Source: Neocallimastix sp. 'constans'
Lineage: Eukaryota
Direction: 5' to 3'
DNA length: 64,000 nt
Assembly (NCBI GenBank): GCA_050613775.1
Contig: JBODTK010000149.1
Span: forward strand, 310,001 to 374,000
Below are positions 1-13,875 of this stretch, one piece after another. The stretch's first letter is position 1; each line of letters begins with the position of its first letter. Both the position numbers and the translations under genes were made by a program. The notes below the pieces were generated by a model. That model ran no database searches. It worked only from the letters and a program-made list of their open reading frames with translations, and was not told the origin of the DNA.

Positions 1-25
1 AATATAAAAAATAAAAAATAAAAAA

Positions 26-179
26 ATGGGTAATATTCTATCAGGAAATATCACAGATCAAGCCCAGAGTCAAACGTAAATCCTTATTATTTTTTTTCAT
101 TTTTTATCTTTTTTATTACAATAATGAAATTATTATTTTTTTTTTTATTTTTTATTCGAAAGATATGTATAAATAAATT

Positions 180-214
<35 letters not shown>

Positions 215-1016
215 AAATACATATTAATTTATATATATATATATAATGGAAAATATATATATATATATATTTTATAATATATGAATATTTTTAATATTAT
301 TATTATATATATTTTATGTATATATTATTCTATATACTAATAATAATAATAAACCCCAATACTCTACAAAAGTAATAGTATTATTGATAATAATGAATTA
401 AAAAAAGGGAAAAGTTTAATCGTCGAGGGTGAAAGAATAAATGTGACCAGTATTAAAAAAAGTAGTAATTATGAGGAAATTGAATGTATCGATGATTACT
501 GTAATAATTATTACTTGAATAGTCAAAAAAATATTAATAAGGCAGAAGATAATACTATCAGAAATAGTAATAATAATCCTTATCATGAAAATAATACTAG
601 CAAAAATAATAATAATAAAGAAAATAATACTAATAATCCGAAGGATAATAATGGAAAAAAAGATACATTAAATATTGATTTTCAAACTAATAATAATAGA
701 AATACCAGTGAAAATGAGAAACAAGTTAATCATGATGATGATAATTCCAATAAAGAATTCATCTCTAATCATACTGACATTGAAATAAATATAAGCTCTT
801 TTAGTAATTCCTCTATTATCAACGATAACCCCCCCAATCGTAACAATAATTCTCATCCTAATCCTAATAATCATAATAACAATAATATAAATATAAGCAA
901 TACATCTGATACGAATCCACAACATGCTAATAATAATAAAAGTTATACTTCTAATCATAATATAAGGAGTATTTCGGATACAAATCAAGAAAATAATAAC
1001 ATTAATAACATTAATA

Positions 1017-1048
<32 letters not shown>

Positions 1049-1189
1049 TTAATACTAGATGAACAAACCAATAATATTAATGGTATTAATTTCATTTCCT
1101 ATACAACAATGAACAATGATACTACAAATAACAGTAACCTTTCCAATATTGTTAATGTTAATAGTGAAAATAATAATGAAGATATTTTA

Positions 1190-1233
<44 letters not shown>

Positions 1234-2843
1234 TATTAGTCATGAAGATCTTTTGGATAATTTTGATAATGGTATATCTTCGACGCAACAGAATGATTTA
1301 TCTAAATCCTATGAATCGAGTATTAATAAAAAATTTGAAGAATTATTAAATAGTGTTGATGAACTGAACATTCATGAGGGGGATTTATTAATGAGTCAAG
1401 TGAACGATAACAATAATGATGTTTACCTTGATATTGGAAGTGACAGTGCCAAAGAGACATCCCCTTCAAATAATAATGATAATAATAATACTAATAATAG
1501 TAATAGTAATAGGAAAGAAGAGCCATATAATGAAAATGAATTTGTTAATACGTATAATTATTTCTTTAGTAATAAAGACATTATGCAAGATAATACTCTT
1601 GGCGATCATAATGATCGACTAACCTCCTCCTCTCATAATTACGATAAATGGGATACGGATGAAAGTTCCGATTTCTATTATGATAATTATCATAATTCAA
1701 CGACGATGAATACGTCTAATTATTATAATGATAACGGGAGTATCAACATCAACAACAACAACAATTATAACAACAACAGTAACAATTACAACACTACTTC
1801 AGATTATTATAGTACCAGTGAAAATGGTTATAGAAGTTCAAATTCTGATACCCATCACATTAATAAGTATAAAGGGTATTCCGAATTTAAAACAAATTTT
1901 AATAATTATTCAACCTATTGTTTAAATAAGGATGAAAATCTTAAAACCGATTCACAAATTATGCTATTCCCAGAAATTGCAAAGCAAATGAAAAATAATA
2001 ATAATAATGATAATGATAATAATAGCAATAATGATAATAATGATAATAATGATAACAATAATAATAATAATAATAATAGTAATAGTAATAGTAATAGTAA
2101 TAGTAATAGTAATAGTAATAGTAATAGTAATAGTAATAGTAATAGTAATAGTAATAGTAATAGTAATAGTAATAGTAATAATGATAATACTGATAAAATT
2201 AAAGTATACAACAAAAAACTCTACTCCATAAGTATTAATAGCAGTAATGATGATTGCAGTAGTCTCTATAATAATAATAATAATTCCTCCTCAAGATTAG
2301 CAATGAATTATCAAAGAGATCTAAATGATAATCACAGTATAAAATCAAATTCTAGTTCAAGAATACTTAATAATAACAACAGCAATATTATTATTAATGA
2401 TTCCTCGATCAACAATGACTATCGTTCATCTTCATTTATTCAATTAACTCGATCTAATAGTGTTGTCGTTAATAGTGGTACTAATTTTTAAAAAATTTTA
2501 CTATCAAAAAAAAAAAAATATATATATATATAAATATATATAATATATATATAATATATTATAATATATACATATATATTAAAAATATTAAATATATATT
2601 TAAATTATAAATATTTATTTTTTTTTTCTCATATTATTTCAATTTTATTTTATCATTATTTTGTTTTATTCAATTTGGTTTAGTTTAGTTTAATTTTATT
2701 TTCTTTTATTATATATATATGTATTTATTATAATATTTTTTATATAATTTTATTATTATATATATATAAAAGGAATATATTAGTTTATTAATTCTTTTTA
2801 ATATATAAATATTAATTTAATTTTTTTTTTTTTCTTTTTTTTG

Positions 2844-2880
<37 letters not shown>

Positions 2881-3080
2881 AGAAAATGATTTTAATGGAA
2901 AAAAAAGACTAACGAATTTAGTGAGAGAAAGTCAATACAATTTAAAGAATTTAAAGAATATTAAATTAAATGAGGAAAAGAAATCAAATTTAATAAAATC
3001 TACGGTAAGATATAATTCATGTTCTACTTTACTCATTGATAATACGATTACAACAGCTGATATGGATGATACATTAAAAT

Positions 3081-3119
<39 letters not shown>

Positions 3120-3320
3120 TTATTTTATTTTTTTAAAATATTTTACACTTTCATAATCCTTCACTATTTATTTTATTTTATTTTATTATGTATTTAATAC
3201 TTTACACTTTCATAATACTTTACTATTTATTTTATTTTTTTATTTATTCCTTTTATAATAATAATAATAATATCAATAAAAATTAATATAATTTAATCTT
3301 ATATATTTATATATGTATAT

Positions 3321-3352
<32 letters not shown>

Positions 3353-3852
3353 GTGTAACATTAGCCTTATTATATCGAATTAGAGCAAATCATCGAAAAA
3401 ATGTTAAACTTGTCACTCATAAAATATTCTCTGAAAAATTATATCCATTAACTGTAAAATATAAAGAAATAATAAAAAAATCCTTAAAAATATTTAGAGA
3501 TTAATAATATAAAGAAATAAAAAAAAAACCTTTATAAAAATATTTAGAGATAGATATTAATTTTATTTGGTTTAAAATTTCGTTTATAATAAAATATTAT
3601 CAAAAATAAAAATGAATAAAAAAAATTATATATTTATCTATCTCTCTTTCTGTATCTATTCATCTATCTATCTATATATTTTTATAGAGACATCCAAGAT
3701 TTTCACCCAATCCACCCACTGAGCATGAAATATTTAAATTTTTAAGTAGTTTGTTCCATGCTGCTGAAGTAAAAATATAAAAAATATATTCCTAAAATAT
3801 ATATATATATATATATAATTGTTATTAATATTATGTTTAACATTATTATTAA

Positions 3853-3904
<52 letters not shown>

Positions 3905-4807
3905 TTTAAAACTAATAGTTAAATAGTGAATGTGCCATAATAACACTGGTATATATATATGCATATATATATTTTATATTTTAATATTTATTATTAAATA
4001 ATAATTATTAAATTGATAAAAATAAAAAATATATATTTTATATATATTTTATATATATTTTATATATATTTTTTTATATCGTGAATAAAAGATATACGTG
4101 GAACGAATGTTAGCCTACACAAATATTACTATTCATTCCTGTAACTGGACTAGAATTCTTTTAGGTGGGGTTTTATTAGCCTCCAAGGTATGGGATGACC
4201 ATGCCATATGGAATGCAGATTTTTGTCAAATATTTCCAATTGCAGCCGTTGAAGATATGTAAGTTTTTTTTTTTTTTTTTTTAATAGTTTCAAAAAAAAA
4301 AAAAGAGTATAAAAATTATAAAATGAAAATTAGATTGATTATATATATATATATTTATATATATTTATAAAATATATTCATATTAAAAGTATTATTATTA
4401 CTCTTTATATATATATATATATATTATTTAAATATTATTATTATTATTTATAAAGGAATAAACTTGAACGATGGTATATGAATGCCATTAATTATAATGT
4501 TAGTATTCGTTCCTCATTATTTGCAAAATATTACTTTGAATTAAGAGAATTAGGAGCAAAAAAATCGAAACAATTTAAATTAAAACCATTAAGTTCTGAC
4601 GAAGCAAAATTATTAGAAGTAAATATTTATTTAAAGTCTTTTTTTTTTTTTTTTTTTTTTTTCAATGTTTTACAATATTATTTTATTGTAATAAAAATAA
4701 TACTATTATATAATTATATATAATAATATATATTTAACTATATTACTGATATATATAAATCTGTTAATATGATTATTATAATTTTTATTATTAAATTAAT
4801 ATAAATC

Positions 4808-4844
<37 letters not shown>

Positions 4845-4857
4845 ATTAATATAAATC

Positions 4858-4900
<43 letters not shown>

Positions 4901-5072
4901 ATTAATATAAATCTATTATCATTATAATTAGGATAAAATTAATCAATCGAATGAAAATTTAACGGACCATATAAGTATTTTACATTATGCCCATTCTAAT
5001 GACAAAAGAATACGAAGAACAGTGAGTGATAATAACTTTAAAGCTATTACTACACAAGCTACTTTGCTTTGA
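26..5072 (+). CDS. CCNY: Cyclin Y-like protein with a long Asn-rich N-terminal insert; 9 exons: 26-75, 373-2477, 2883-3081, 3354-3453, 3688-3768, 3919-3948, 4092-4258, 4456-4618, 4932-5072
   Basis: All junctions are GT-AG and phase-consistent. The spliced protein reads MGNILS...RYNSCSTLLIDNTIT...LKCVTLALYYRI...IFSEKLYPLT...ECAIITLIYVERML...NWTRILLGGVLLASKVWDDHAIWNADFCQI...VEDMNKLER...FAKYYFELR, matching the cyclin Y cyclin box. Confidence 0.92.
2075..2180 (+). repeat. Coding (AATAGT)n hexamer repeat encoding poly-(Asn-Ser)
   Basis: Directly visible tandem aatagt run inside exon 2 of the cyclin Y gene. Confidence 0.9.
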
Positions 5073-5525
5073 AATTAATAAAGAAATAAATAATAAAATT
5101 TTAATTTCAATTAAAAAAAAAAAAAAATAAAAATAAAATAAAATATAAAATATTTATTTATAAATAATCTGGAGAATTAAAAGTTATGGTTTCTCTTTTC
5201 CTTTTTACCTATTTATTATATATATATATATATTATATATATATATATATATTTATAAATTGAATTTATAATTATGATAATAAATATTAATATTAAATAA
5301 ATATGTACATATATGAGATTATAATAATAATAATAGTAATAATAATAATAGTAATAAAAATAATTTAATAATAAAAGGTATTATTATTATATTTCATATT
5401 ATTATATATAAAACAGATTTATATATATATAAATAATTACAAATAGTATTTAAAATCTTATTATAAATTAACTATTAAATTAATATAATATTTCTATAAC
5501 AAAAAAAAAATAAATAAAATAAAAA

Positions 5526-5562
<37 letters not shown>

Positions 5563-5597
5563 TAAAATAAAAAATAAAAAAAAATATATAAAATAAA

Positions 5598-5639
<42 letters not shown>

Positions 5640-6125
5640 TGAATTTAAAAAGAGAAAAAAAATAATATTAATATTTATTTGTCATAAAAAAAGATAATCT
5701 GATAAAAAAAAAAAAAAAAAAAAAAAAAAAACTATTAAATATCTATGTAATATTAAATTTATTTATTATATATAGTATATATATATTTATATATTTTTTT
5801 ATATATTTTATGAAAAAAAAAAAAAAATTATTCAATATATAGGCAATAATATATTTATTTATTATGTTTTATATTATATTTATATATTTTATGATAAAAA
5901 TAAAAAAAGAAAAAGAAAAAAACAATCAAATAACTATATTATATTAAATTTAATTATTATATATATATATATATATATATTTTAAACTACAAAAAGATTT
6001 ATTATAGTTTTTTTTTTTTTTTTTTTTTTTTTTCATTATTTTAAAATATATATATAATTTGGTAATACTTAATAAATAAAAAAAATTAATTAATAAATTA
6101 AATAAATAAATTAAATAAGATTAAA

Positions 6126-7662
6126 TTATTTCCACATCGCTGTGGCCTCGACAACGTCATTGTGGTAGGGGGAGAGCATCATAACACTTTGTCTATCATC
6201 ATAAAGAGCCAATGTAGCCTTCTTACATTCAGCATTTTTTGAACGTTCTGCCACGGTACACCATATGACCTTATTCTTATTTACCCTATACAGGGTCCTT
6301 TTGTCATGATTGCGATATAAACTCCATCCCTTAAATGTCTTCCCCTTCTTTACAAAATAATTGGGTCTTAAATTAGATGAAATGCCGTAAACATGGCGAG
6401 TAGCATCATTCATATTGAAATAACCCTTTCCAGATCCGGTAGAAGAATTCTTACCCTTGTTTTCGCCGCCATTACCAAGGTATTTCACGGTGTAATATTT
6501 TTTTGAGACATTAAACACGGAAGTTTTATTGAGAGAATTCATGGCTTTAAAGGTGAATATTCCATCACCAACGCCCTTGCTGCCATTTTTTAAGAAGACA
6601 TTGGCATTGCAATACATTTTAAGATCTCCTTTGGTTCCTTGACCAGATCTGAAACCGCAAGATTCAATTTCCAAACCTTCATAACTTTTATCACTGGCTT
6701 TCAAAAGATAAGACGTACCGAGAGGGAAAACGACGGGTATGGCGCTATTATCTTTCTTTTCTTTCATAACTTTACTGGTGAATACCTTACTAACATCGTA
6801 TAAGAGAACTGAACTTAAATTGACGTTTCCACTTGTCGGAGCAAAATATGGAATGAAGACGGTCTTTAATCTTGAGCTATAAGTAAATCCCTGACTGACC
6901 CATGTCTCCAAATTTTTAAGGTATTTTTTATTGTCATTTTCGAAACCTGATTGTTTTGCGAAGACGGCATTCTTTTTATCGAGGTAGGCCAATTTATAAA
7001 TTTTAATCTTTGGATTATTTTTACCACTGAGGTCAGCTTCCTTGACCTGGCCATGATAGAAAGTTTCACCACTCTTAAATAACAAGTAATAAATTCCATT
7101 CTTTGTGTCGCGCTCGAATTCTCTAATTCCACCGACACTAATACTCTTTCCACCATAGGAAAGTATGATATATCCAGTGAAAGTTAGGTTGTCACCACTC
7201 ACTTTATAGCTTGCCAAGGCATGACTGTCATTTTTTACCGGTTGTAATAAGTAAATGTTTTACATTTTTTTTGTCTATAATTGTAAGGATATCATTCGCA
7301 TGACCAGTATTATAACATTTACTACATATCATTTCCTTTGTTTTTTTAGTAGTAATATCTGTTCTGAAAATTGAGACAGCTATTATCTTATTTTTTACAT
7401 CCGGTTTATTGTAGTGGATCTTTGCAGAATAAATGTACTTCTCACCCACATTCATACCTTGTACGCCTGTAGTTGAGTAAGACTTACCATCACTGGCCTT
7501 ACTACTTCCGTCCTTAATATTACAAAAAAGGCTTGAATCACCAGATTTCATAGTCCATGTCGTGTAACCATTGAAGGTAATGGAGGCTTTTGTCCTTTCA
7601 AATAGTTTTAAAATTAATACTAAAAAGAAAAATACTGAGATTATATTTTTAGTTTTTTTCAT
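6126..7662 (-). CDS. Intronless bacterial-type secreted protein (signal peptide, probable beta-propeller-like region, C-terminal Listeria-Bacteroides/InlB B-like repeat), interrupted by a 1-nt frameshift at 7231-7236
   Basis: ORFs 7228-7662 and 6126-7217 join if one A is removed from GGT-AAAAAA-TGAC, giving ...TTGKNDSHALASYK.... N-terminus MKKTKNIISVFFFLVLILK...KAS is signal-like. C-terminus YTVKYLGNGG...M...YG...LRPNYFVKKGKTFKGWS...YDD...VVEATAMWK resembles the Flg_new repeat. No introns, and visibly higher GC than the flanking genes. Confidence 0.75.
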
Positions 7663-7920
7663 TTCTTATTTCAAAGATAAATCAAAAAATATCACAAAAG
7701 AGATGTTTACTTTTTTTTTTTTAAAAAAAATATAACAACCTTTTTTTTTATTTTTTTTTTTAAAAAATTATTCTAATAACAATTTTTCCATGAAAAAAAA
7801 AAAATTTTTTTTTTTTTTTTTGATGGAAATTTTTTTTTATATTTATAGTTTTTTTTTTTTTTTTTTTTGGTAAATTATATTGACAGCTAATTAATTAATA
7901 ATTTTGTTTTGTTTTTTTTT

Positions 7921-8000
7921 TATTGAAATTTATTATTATTGAAATTTATTATTATTGAAATTTATTATTATTGGAATTTATTATTATTGAAATTTATTAT
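7921..8000. repeat. 16-bp tandem repeat (TATTGAAATTTATTAT) x5 upstream of the bacterial-type gene
   Basis: Five consecutive near-identical units read directly from the sequence. Confidence 0.85.
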
Positions 8001-8419
8001 TAATAAAAAATTAAAAATAAAATAAAATTAAAAAATTAAAAAAAATGTTTGTAAAAATTTTTTTATCATTTTCATTATTAAACCTTTTCATTACTTATGA
8101 ATCATAATATACTACAATATACTATAATTCATATACTATACTACACTATACTATACTATACTATTATCTATTAATATAGAGTTCTATGTAATCTATTATT
8201 ATTATTATTACATGTAATCTATTATTATTATTATTATAAATAGTCTATTATTATTATTATATAAATATTATCATTAATATCAATCATTATTATATTATAT
8301 TATATATATAATTATTATATAATTATTATATATATATTATTATTATATATTTAATAGTAAATTGTCTTAATTTCATACTTTAAATAATTATTTGATGGTT
8401 TAAATTTTTTAGTAATTTA

Positions 8420-8455
<36 letters not shown>

Positions 8456-9449
8456 TTAATTATAAATAGTTGAATAATATATAATTAAATAATTAAATAA
8501 TAATAAAAAAAAAAAGTATTTTTTATAATAATAATTATTAAGAGAGTGTGTTACTTTGTTAAATAATAATCAATATTATTATATTATTATCTTATATTAT
8601 ATTCCATAGCAATAGTTAAATGAAGTAAAGTTGATATGACTGTTTTTTTTTTTTTATTTTTATTATTTTTATTTTTTATTTTTTATTTTTTATTTTTTAT
8701 TTTTCCTTCCCACATTATTAAAAAAAACTCAAAAAAAAATTTTTTTTTTATTTTTTTTTGGTCAGAAATAGTTAACAATGGATTCTACCATAAATTAGAG
8801 CAGACAATTCCATACAATTGAATGCAAGTCAACCTCTTCAAAAAAAAAAAATTTAATTTGGATTTACCATCAAAAATAAAAAAATTTTAAATTTTTAAGG
8901 TTTAATATAAGTTTGGTAATTAATTAAAAAAAAAATTTTTTTTTTATTTTTATCATAATAAAAAACTTTAATATAAAAATTAAATAGAAAGGAATATAAC
9001 TACAATCAATAAAGTAAATAGAAAGGAATACACTACAATAAATGTTCAATTCATTTTTAATATTGAATTAAATTTTATTTATTTATTTTATATTTATTTA
9101 TTTATTTATTTAAATTTACAGGAATGTATTTTTATTATTATTTTAATATTTAATTATTTATTATTTTATTATTATTTATTATTATTATTATTTTATTATT
9201 ATTTTATTATTATTTTATTATTTATTATTATTATTATTATTATTATTCTACAAAGAAGAGAATTTACTTTATTACAATAAAAAATAAAAAAAAAACATAG
9301 AATGAATGATACAAAAAAAAATGAAATGATTTTATTATTTTTTTTTTTTGGCTTTTTACTTTTTTTATTATTTTTATATAAAAATTTAATAAAAATAAAA
9401 AAAAAATTTATTTAAAACTTTAAAATTTAACTTTATTAAATTAAAAAAA

Positions 9450-9950
9450 ATAATAAATAATAAATATTAAATAATAAATAATAAATAATAAATAATAATA
9501 ATAAATAATAATAAATAAATAATAAATAATAATAAATAAATAATAAATAATAATAAATAATAAATAATAATAAATAATAAATAAATAATAAATAATAATA
9601 AATAATAAATAATAATAAATAATAAATAATAAATAATAAACAATAAATAATAAATAATAAATATAAAATAATAAATAATAAATAATAAATAATAAATAAT
9701 AAATAAATAATTGAATAATAAATAATAAATAATAATTAATAAATAATAAATAAATAATTGAATAATAAATAATAAATAATAAATAATAAATAATAATAAA
9801 CAATAAATAATAAATAATAAATATAAAATAATAAATAATAAATAATAAATAATAAATAATAAATAATAAATAATAAATAATAAATAATAAATAATAAATA
9901 ATAAATAATAAATAATAAATAATAAATAATAAATAATAAATAATAAAAAA
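9450..9950. repeat. (AATAAAT)n-type satellite; similar tracts at about 18090-18240, 22360-22625 and, in opposite orientation, 24290-24560
   Basis: Directly visible degenerate 7-mer arrays. Confidence 0.85.
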
Positions 9951-10146
9951 TAAAATAAAAAAAAAATAAAAATAAAAATAAAAATAAAATAAAAAAAAAT
10001 AAAAGAATAATAAAAATAAAAGAATAATAATAATAATAATAATAATATATGTAAGATATAAAGAAAAGAAAAGAAAAAAAAAAATTTAGAAAATAAATTT
10101 AATTTTAATGTAGAGTCATTGAAATAAAGCGAAATTGATTCTTGGC

Positions 10147-10179
<33 letters not shown>

Positions 10180-10410
10180 AAAGAATTTAAGGTTTAAATT
10201 TTCCTTGAATTCAATAAACTCTAATAAAAAAAAAAAAAAAAAAAACTTTTAGGATTAAAATTAAAGAAACCAAAATCTATATCAAACTCAAATTCCTTAA
10301 CCCATTGATTAAAAAAAAAAAAAAAAAAAAAAAAGCATTAGCTGTAATGATAATAAAAATGATAGTAAAATATTTTAAAATAATAATAATAATAGTAATA
10401 GTAATTGTAA

Positions 10411-10507
<97 letters not shown>

Positions 10508-12157
10508 AAGAATTTAATAGAATTTTATATAGATATATATTTATTGCTTTATGTATTTTTTTTTTTTTAAATAAATATATTAATAATTTTTATTTTAAAT
10601 TTTATTATCTTTTCCTATTCTATTTTATTTTATGTAATACTTTAAAATTTTAATAGATGTAAAATTAATAAAAATAAGTATATATTATTAATACTTTACA
10701 GTATAATTAATATTAATTCTTATTCTTTGTTTTTGTTTTTCTTTAGTAGAAATTATATTGTAATTATAAAATAATAAAATATTAATAAAAATTATTAATA
10801 ACTCAAATAACACTTATTAAACCAGCTAAAGAATATCACATTACATATGAGGTCAAGTGTATATATTCATAATTTAATTATTTTTATGTATTTATTTAAA
10901 AATTATTTTTTAAAACCGTACTCTTTCTTAAACAAATAAAGTGTTAATAATAAAAATTATTAATAATACAAAACAATATTATAGGTATTATTTTGTCTTT
11001 GTATCTTTTCTACCTATAGCCGGTTAATAATAATCATATTTAAAATGAATATAATTGATTATTTTATTTTAAAAAAAAAATAATAATAATAATACACTTT
11101 TAAATCGAATTTAAATAAATATTTTAATTTGTTTTTTAAAAGTATATTAATTTTTTTTTTTTTTTTTTTAATTTTTTTAATTATGAAAATTTATTAATAA
11201 TCTATGGTATAGGATATAAAACTATTCAATTTTTATTTTTTTCTCCATTTTTTTTTTTTTTTTTTTTTTTTTTTGAAGATATGGACATGGATTGTGTTGC
11301 GAAAGCTTTAAAGGAAGAAAATATTATGAAATTTAATTCAAATGAAAAAAAAAAAAAACAACTCTTAATAATAGAATAGAACCTTAAAATAGAATTTTTA
11401 AATTCACCAATGTTACCTACACCACATTACATCACTACCACCGGCACCAATAACAATAACAATAATGACAACAGCAGATCCAAAATCATCAATATTAAAA
11501 AACCCCATCTTCATTGCATTCCTAATAGGTATACATTCTAAAAATGATTCACCCTCATTCATTCAAAACATTTTAATTGTTTTCCTTCTTTTTTTTTTTT
11601 TTTTTTTTTTTTTTTTCTTCTTTTCTTTCTTTATTTCATCTTCTCTATCTTCTTCTTTTTCCAAACCATTTATTTTTTTTTCTTCTTCTTTACCTTTTCC
11701 TCCTCCCACTTCATTTATTACTAAGACTCTTTCTTCACTTCTTTTTTTCCTCTTCACATTCCCATTCTTCTTCTTCCTCTTCACCAACCCCATTCTTTTA
11801 ATTCACATCCTTTTAATTCACATCCTTTTAATTCATGTCCTTCTAATTCACATCCTTCTTATTTAAATTATTCTCTCAACAAAGGAAAAGTTAATAAAGA
11901 GGAATCCTTCTCCATTTCAAATTCAAATTCAAATTCAAGTTTTTATCCTATCCTCATTTTCATGAAAATCAAGAACATCATCCCAATGAACGTAATCCGT
12001 ATGAACATAATTTCCATGAGCGTCGTTCTAATAACGATTATTCTAAAAGACAGCAACTAAAACGTTATTAATTACATCATTACTAAAATAAAAAAAAAAT
12101 TTTTTTAATTCTTGTCAAATAATGAAATATAGAGAGAGAGGTGATGAGAGAAGAGAG

Positions 12158-12194
<37 letters not shown>

Positions 12195-13038
12195 AGGTAG
12201 AGTTAAGAAAAGAGAATAGAGTAAAGCCAAAAAAAAAAGTATAGAGAAGAGGAAAAGAAATAAAAGAAAAGAAATAAGATTAAAAAAAAAAATAATAAAT
12301 TTAATTTATTTAATTTTTCTTTATATTATTTTCCTCATCTATTAATTTATTCGATTTATTAATATTTATATTATAATTTTTTTCTTTTTTTTTTTTTTTT
12401 TTTTTATAAATATAAATATTTATATATATATATATATAAAATAACACTTTAAACCTACATACCCATAAAAATAAAGAATATAAAAAATGAAAATGAAAAT
12501 GTAAATGAAAATAAAATATATATATATAAACTTCTACTCCTAAGTCACATTGGAACGACATTGACGCTAGTAGTACTGGAGAATTTCTTAAGTAAATCGA
12601 TCAAAAAAAAAAAAAAAAGAAAAAAAAAAGTTAACGTAGCTCAAGAGAGCTACCACCACTGATAGATTTTTTTTCTTTTTTAGTAAAATAACGAACAAGC
12701 TTCAATAATATACGTAACAGTAGAACCCTGTGAATTATTTAAGTGTTATTCATTTAAATGTCTCCTTTTCTCTCGTATCAAATTGCTTATATCAAATTGT
12801 TGTTCATCTAAAGCTGAAATTCCACTAAGAAGGAATTATGTAAATATATTTATTGAGCCTAACTACCTATAAAAATAAAGAATATAAAAAAATAAAAGTG
12901 AAAATAAAAAATATCTATATTATTTTCATGACACCAAAAGTTTATATAAAACTTTTGGTGCCACTACCACCAGTATCAGAATCTTTTATCTTCTTTTGAG
13001 ATATAATTAATTAAACATACATATATTTATATATATAT

Positions 13039-13830
13039 TGTTAAGAATATACAATATTGTACATCAAAGTATTATAAATTTTATGAATGTATTATCATGT
13101 ATGTGTAATAATATAAATAATGAATAATGAATAATATTTAATATTTGAGTCTTTTTATTATTTATTATAAAATATTAAAATAATTAATTAATTAATAAAT
13201 AAATAAATAAATAAATAAATAATATCATAATTTTTGTGTGTGTACACCACATTCTTGTGTGACTTCTTAACAGATTAAGAATATCATTGCTGAGAGACAT
13301 GTTTCTTTTTTAAATTCTGCTCAACTTCCTCTCAAATTTTGGAATTATTAAACCTGTTTGATATTACTCATTGTAAAGTTTTTATTTTTATTGTAAAAGG
13401 CTTTCTTCTATAACAATCATATTTCCATTAAATTTGAAAATAATTCCAAACCTAGAATTTTTAGAGGTTTATGTATCAGATTCTCTTGGCTATAAAATCT
13501 TAGATTTATCTACTATATTTCTATTATTACCGCTATAGAGATATTTATTTCATGGAAGATATGCCTCCCTTACTATTAATACTCCATTTTTCTGTAATAA
13601 ATATATTGATTCCATTATTAATTTCAAGGATTTATCCATTGAGAGGGGAAGGTAATAATTATAATGACTTCAATAATAATGAAAATAATAATAACTTTAA
13701 CAATTATTGCAAAAAGTGTTACTTCTGATAATTTTTTTTTTTTTTCTGAAAATAATACAATTAAAAATAATAATCATGAAAATAATAATTTTATGAATAA
13801 TAATTTATTCACTATTAACAAATCCTTTCA

Positions 13831-13875
<45 letters not shown>

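Noticed and set aside
668..2231. Overlapping Ile/Leu/Met-rich ORFs within the cyclin Y exon (also 45195-48088 and 50587-51437)
   Set aside because: Alternative-frame or antisense readings of (AAT)n-rich real exons; no independent coding signal.
6866..7156. 96-aa same-strand alternative-frame ORF inside the bacterial-type gene
   Set aside because: No recognisable motif; fully nested in a better-supported ORF in GC-richer DNA where stops are rarer.
9441..10508. ORFs 9441-9803 and 10305-10508 (also 21585-21902, 49862-50092, 53113-53538, 56192-56410, 60325-60576)
   Set aside because: Translations of microsatellites and homopolymers.
10813..11030. Imperfect inverted pair TTATTAAACCAGCTA / TAGCCGGTTAATAA as possible TIRs
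   Set aside because: Short, mismatched and AT-rich with no target-site duplication; compatible with chance.
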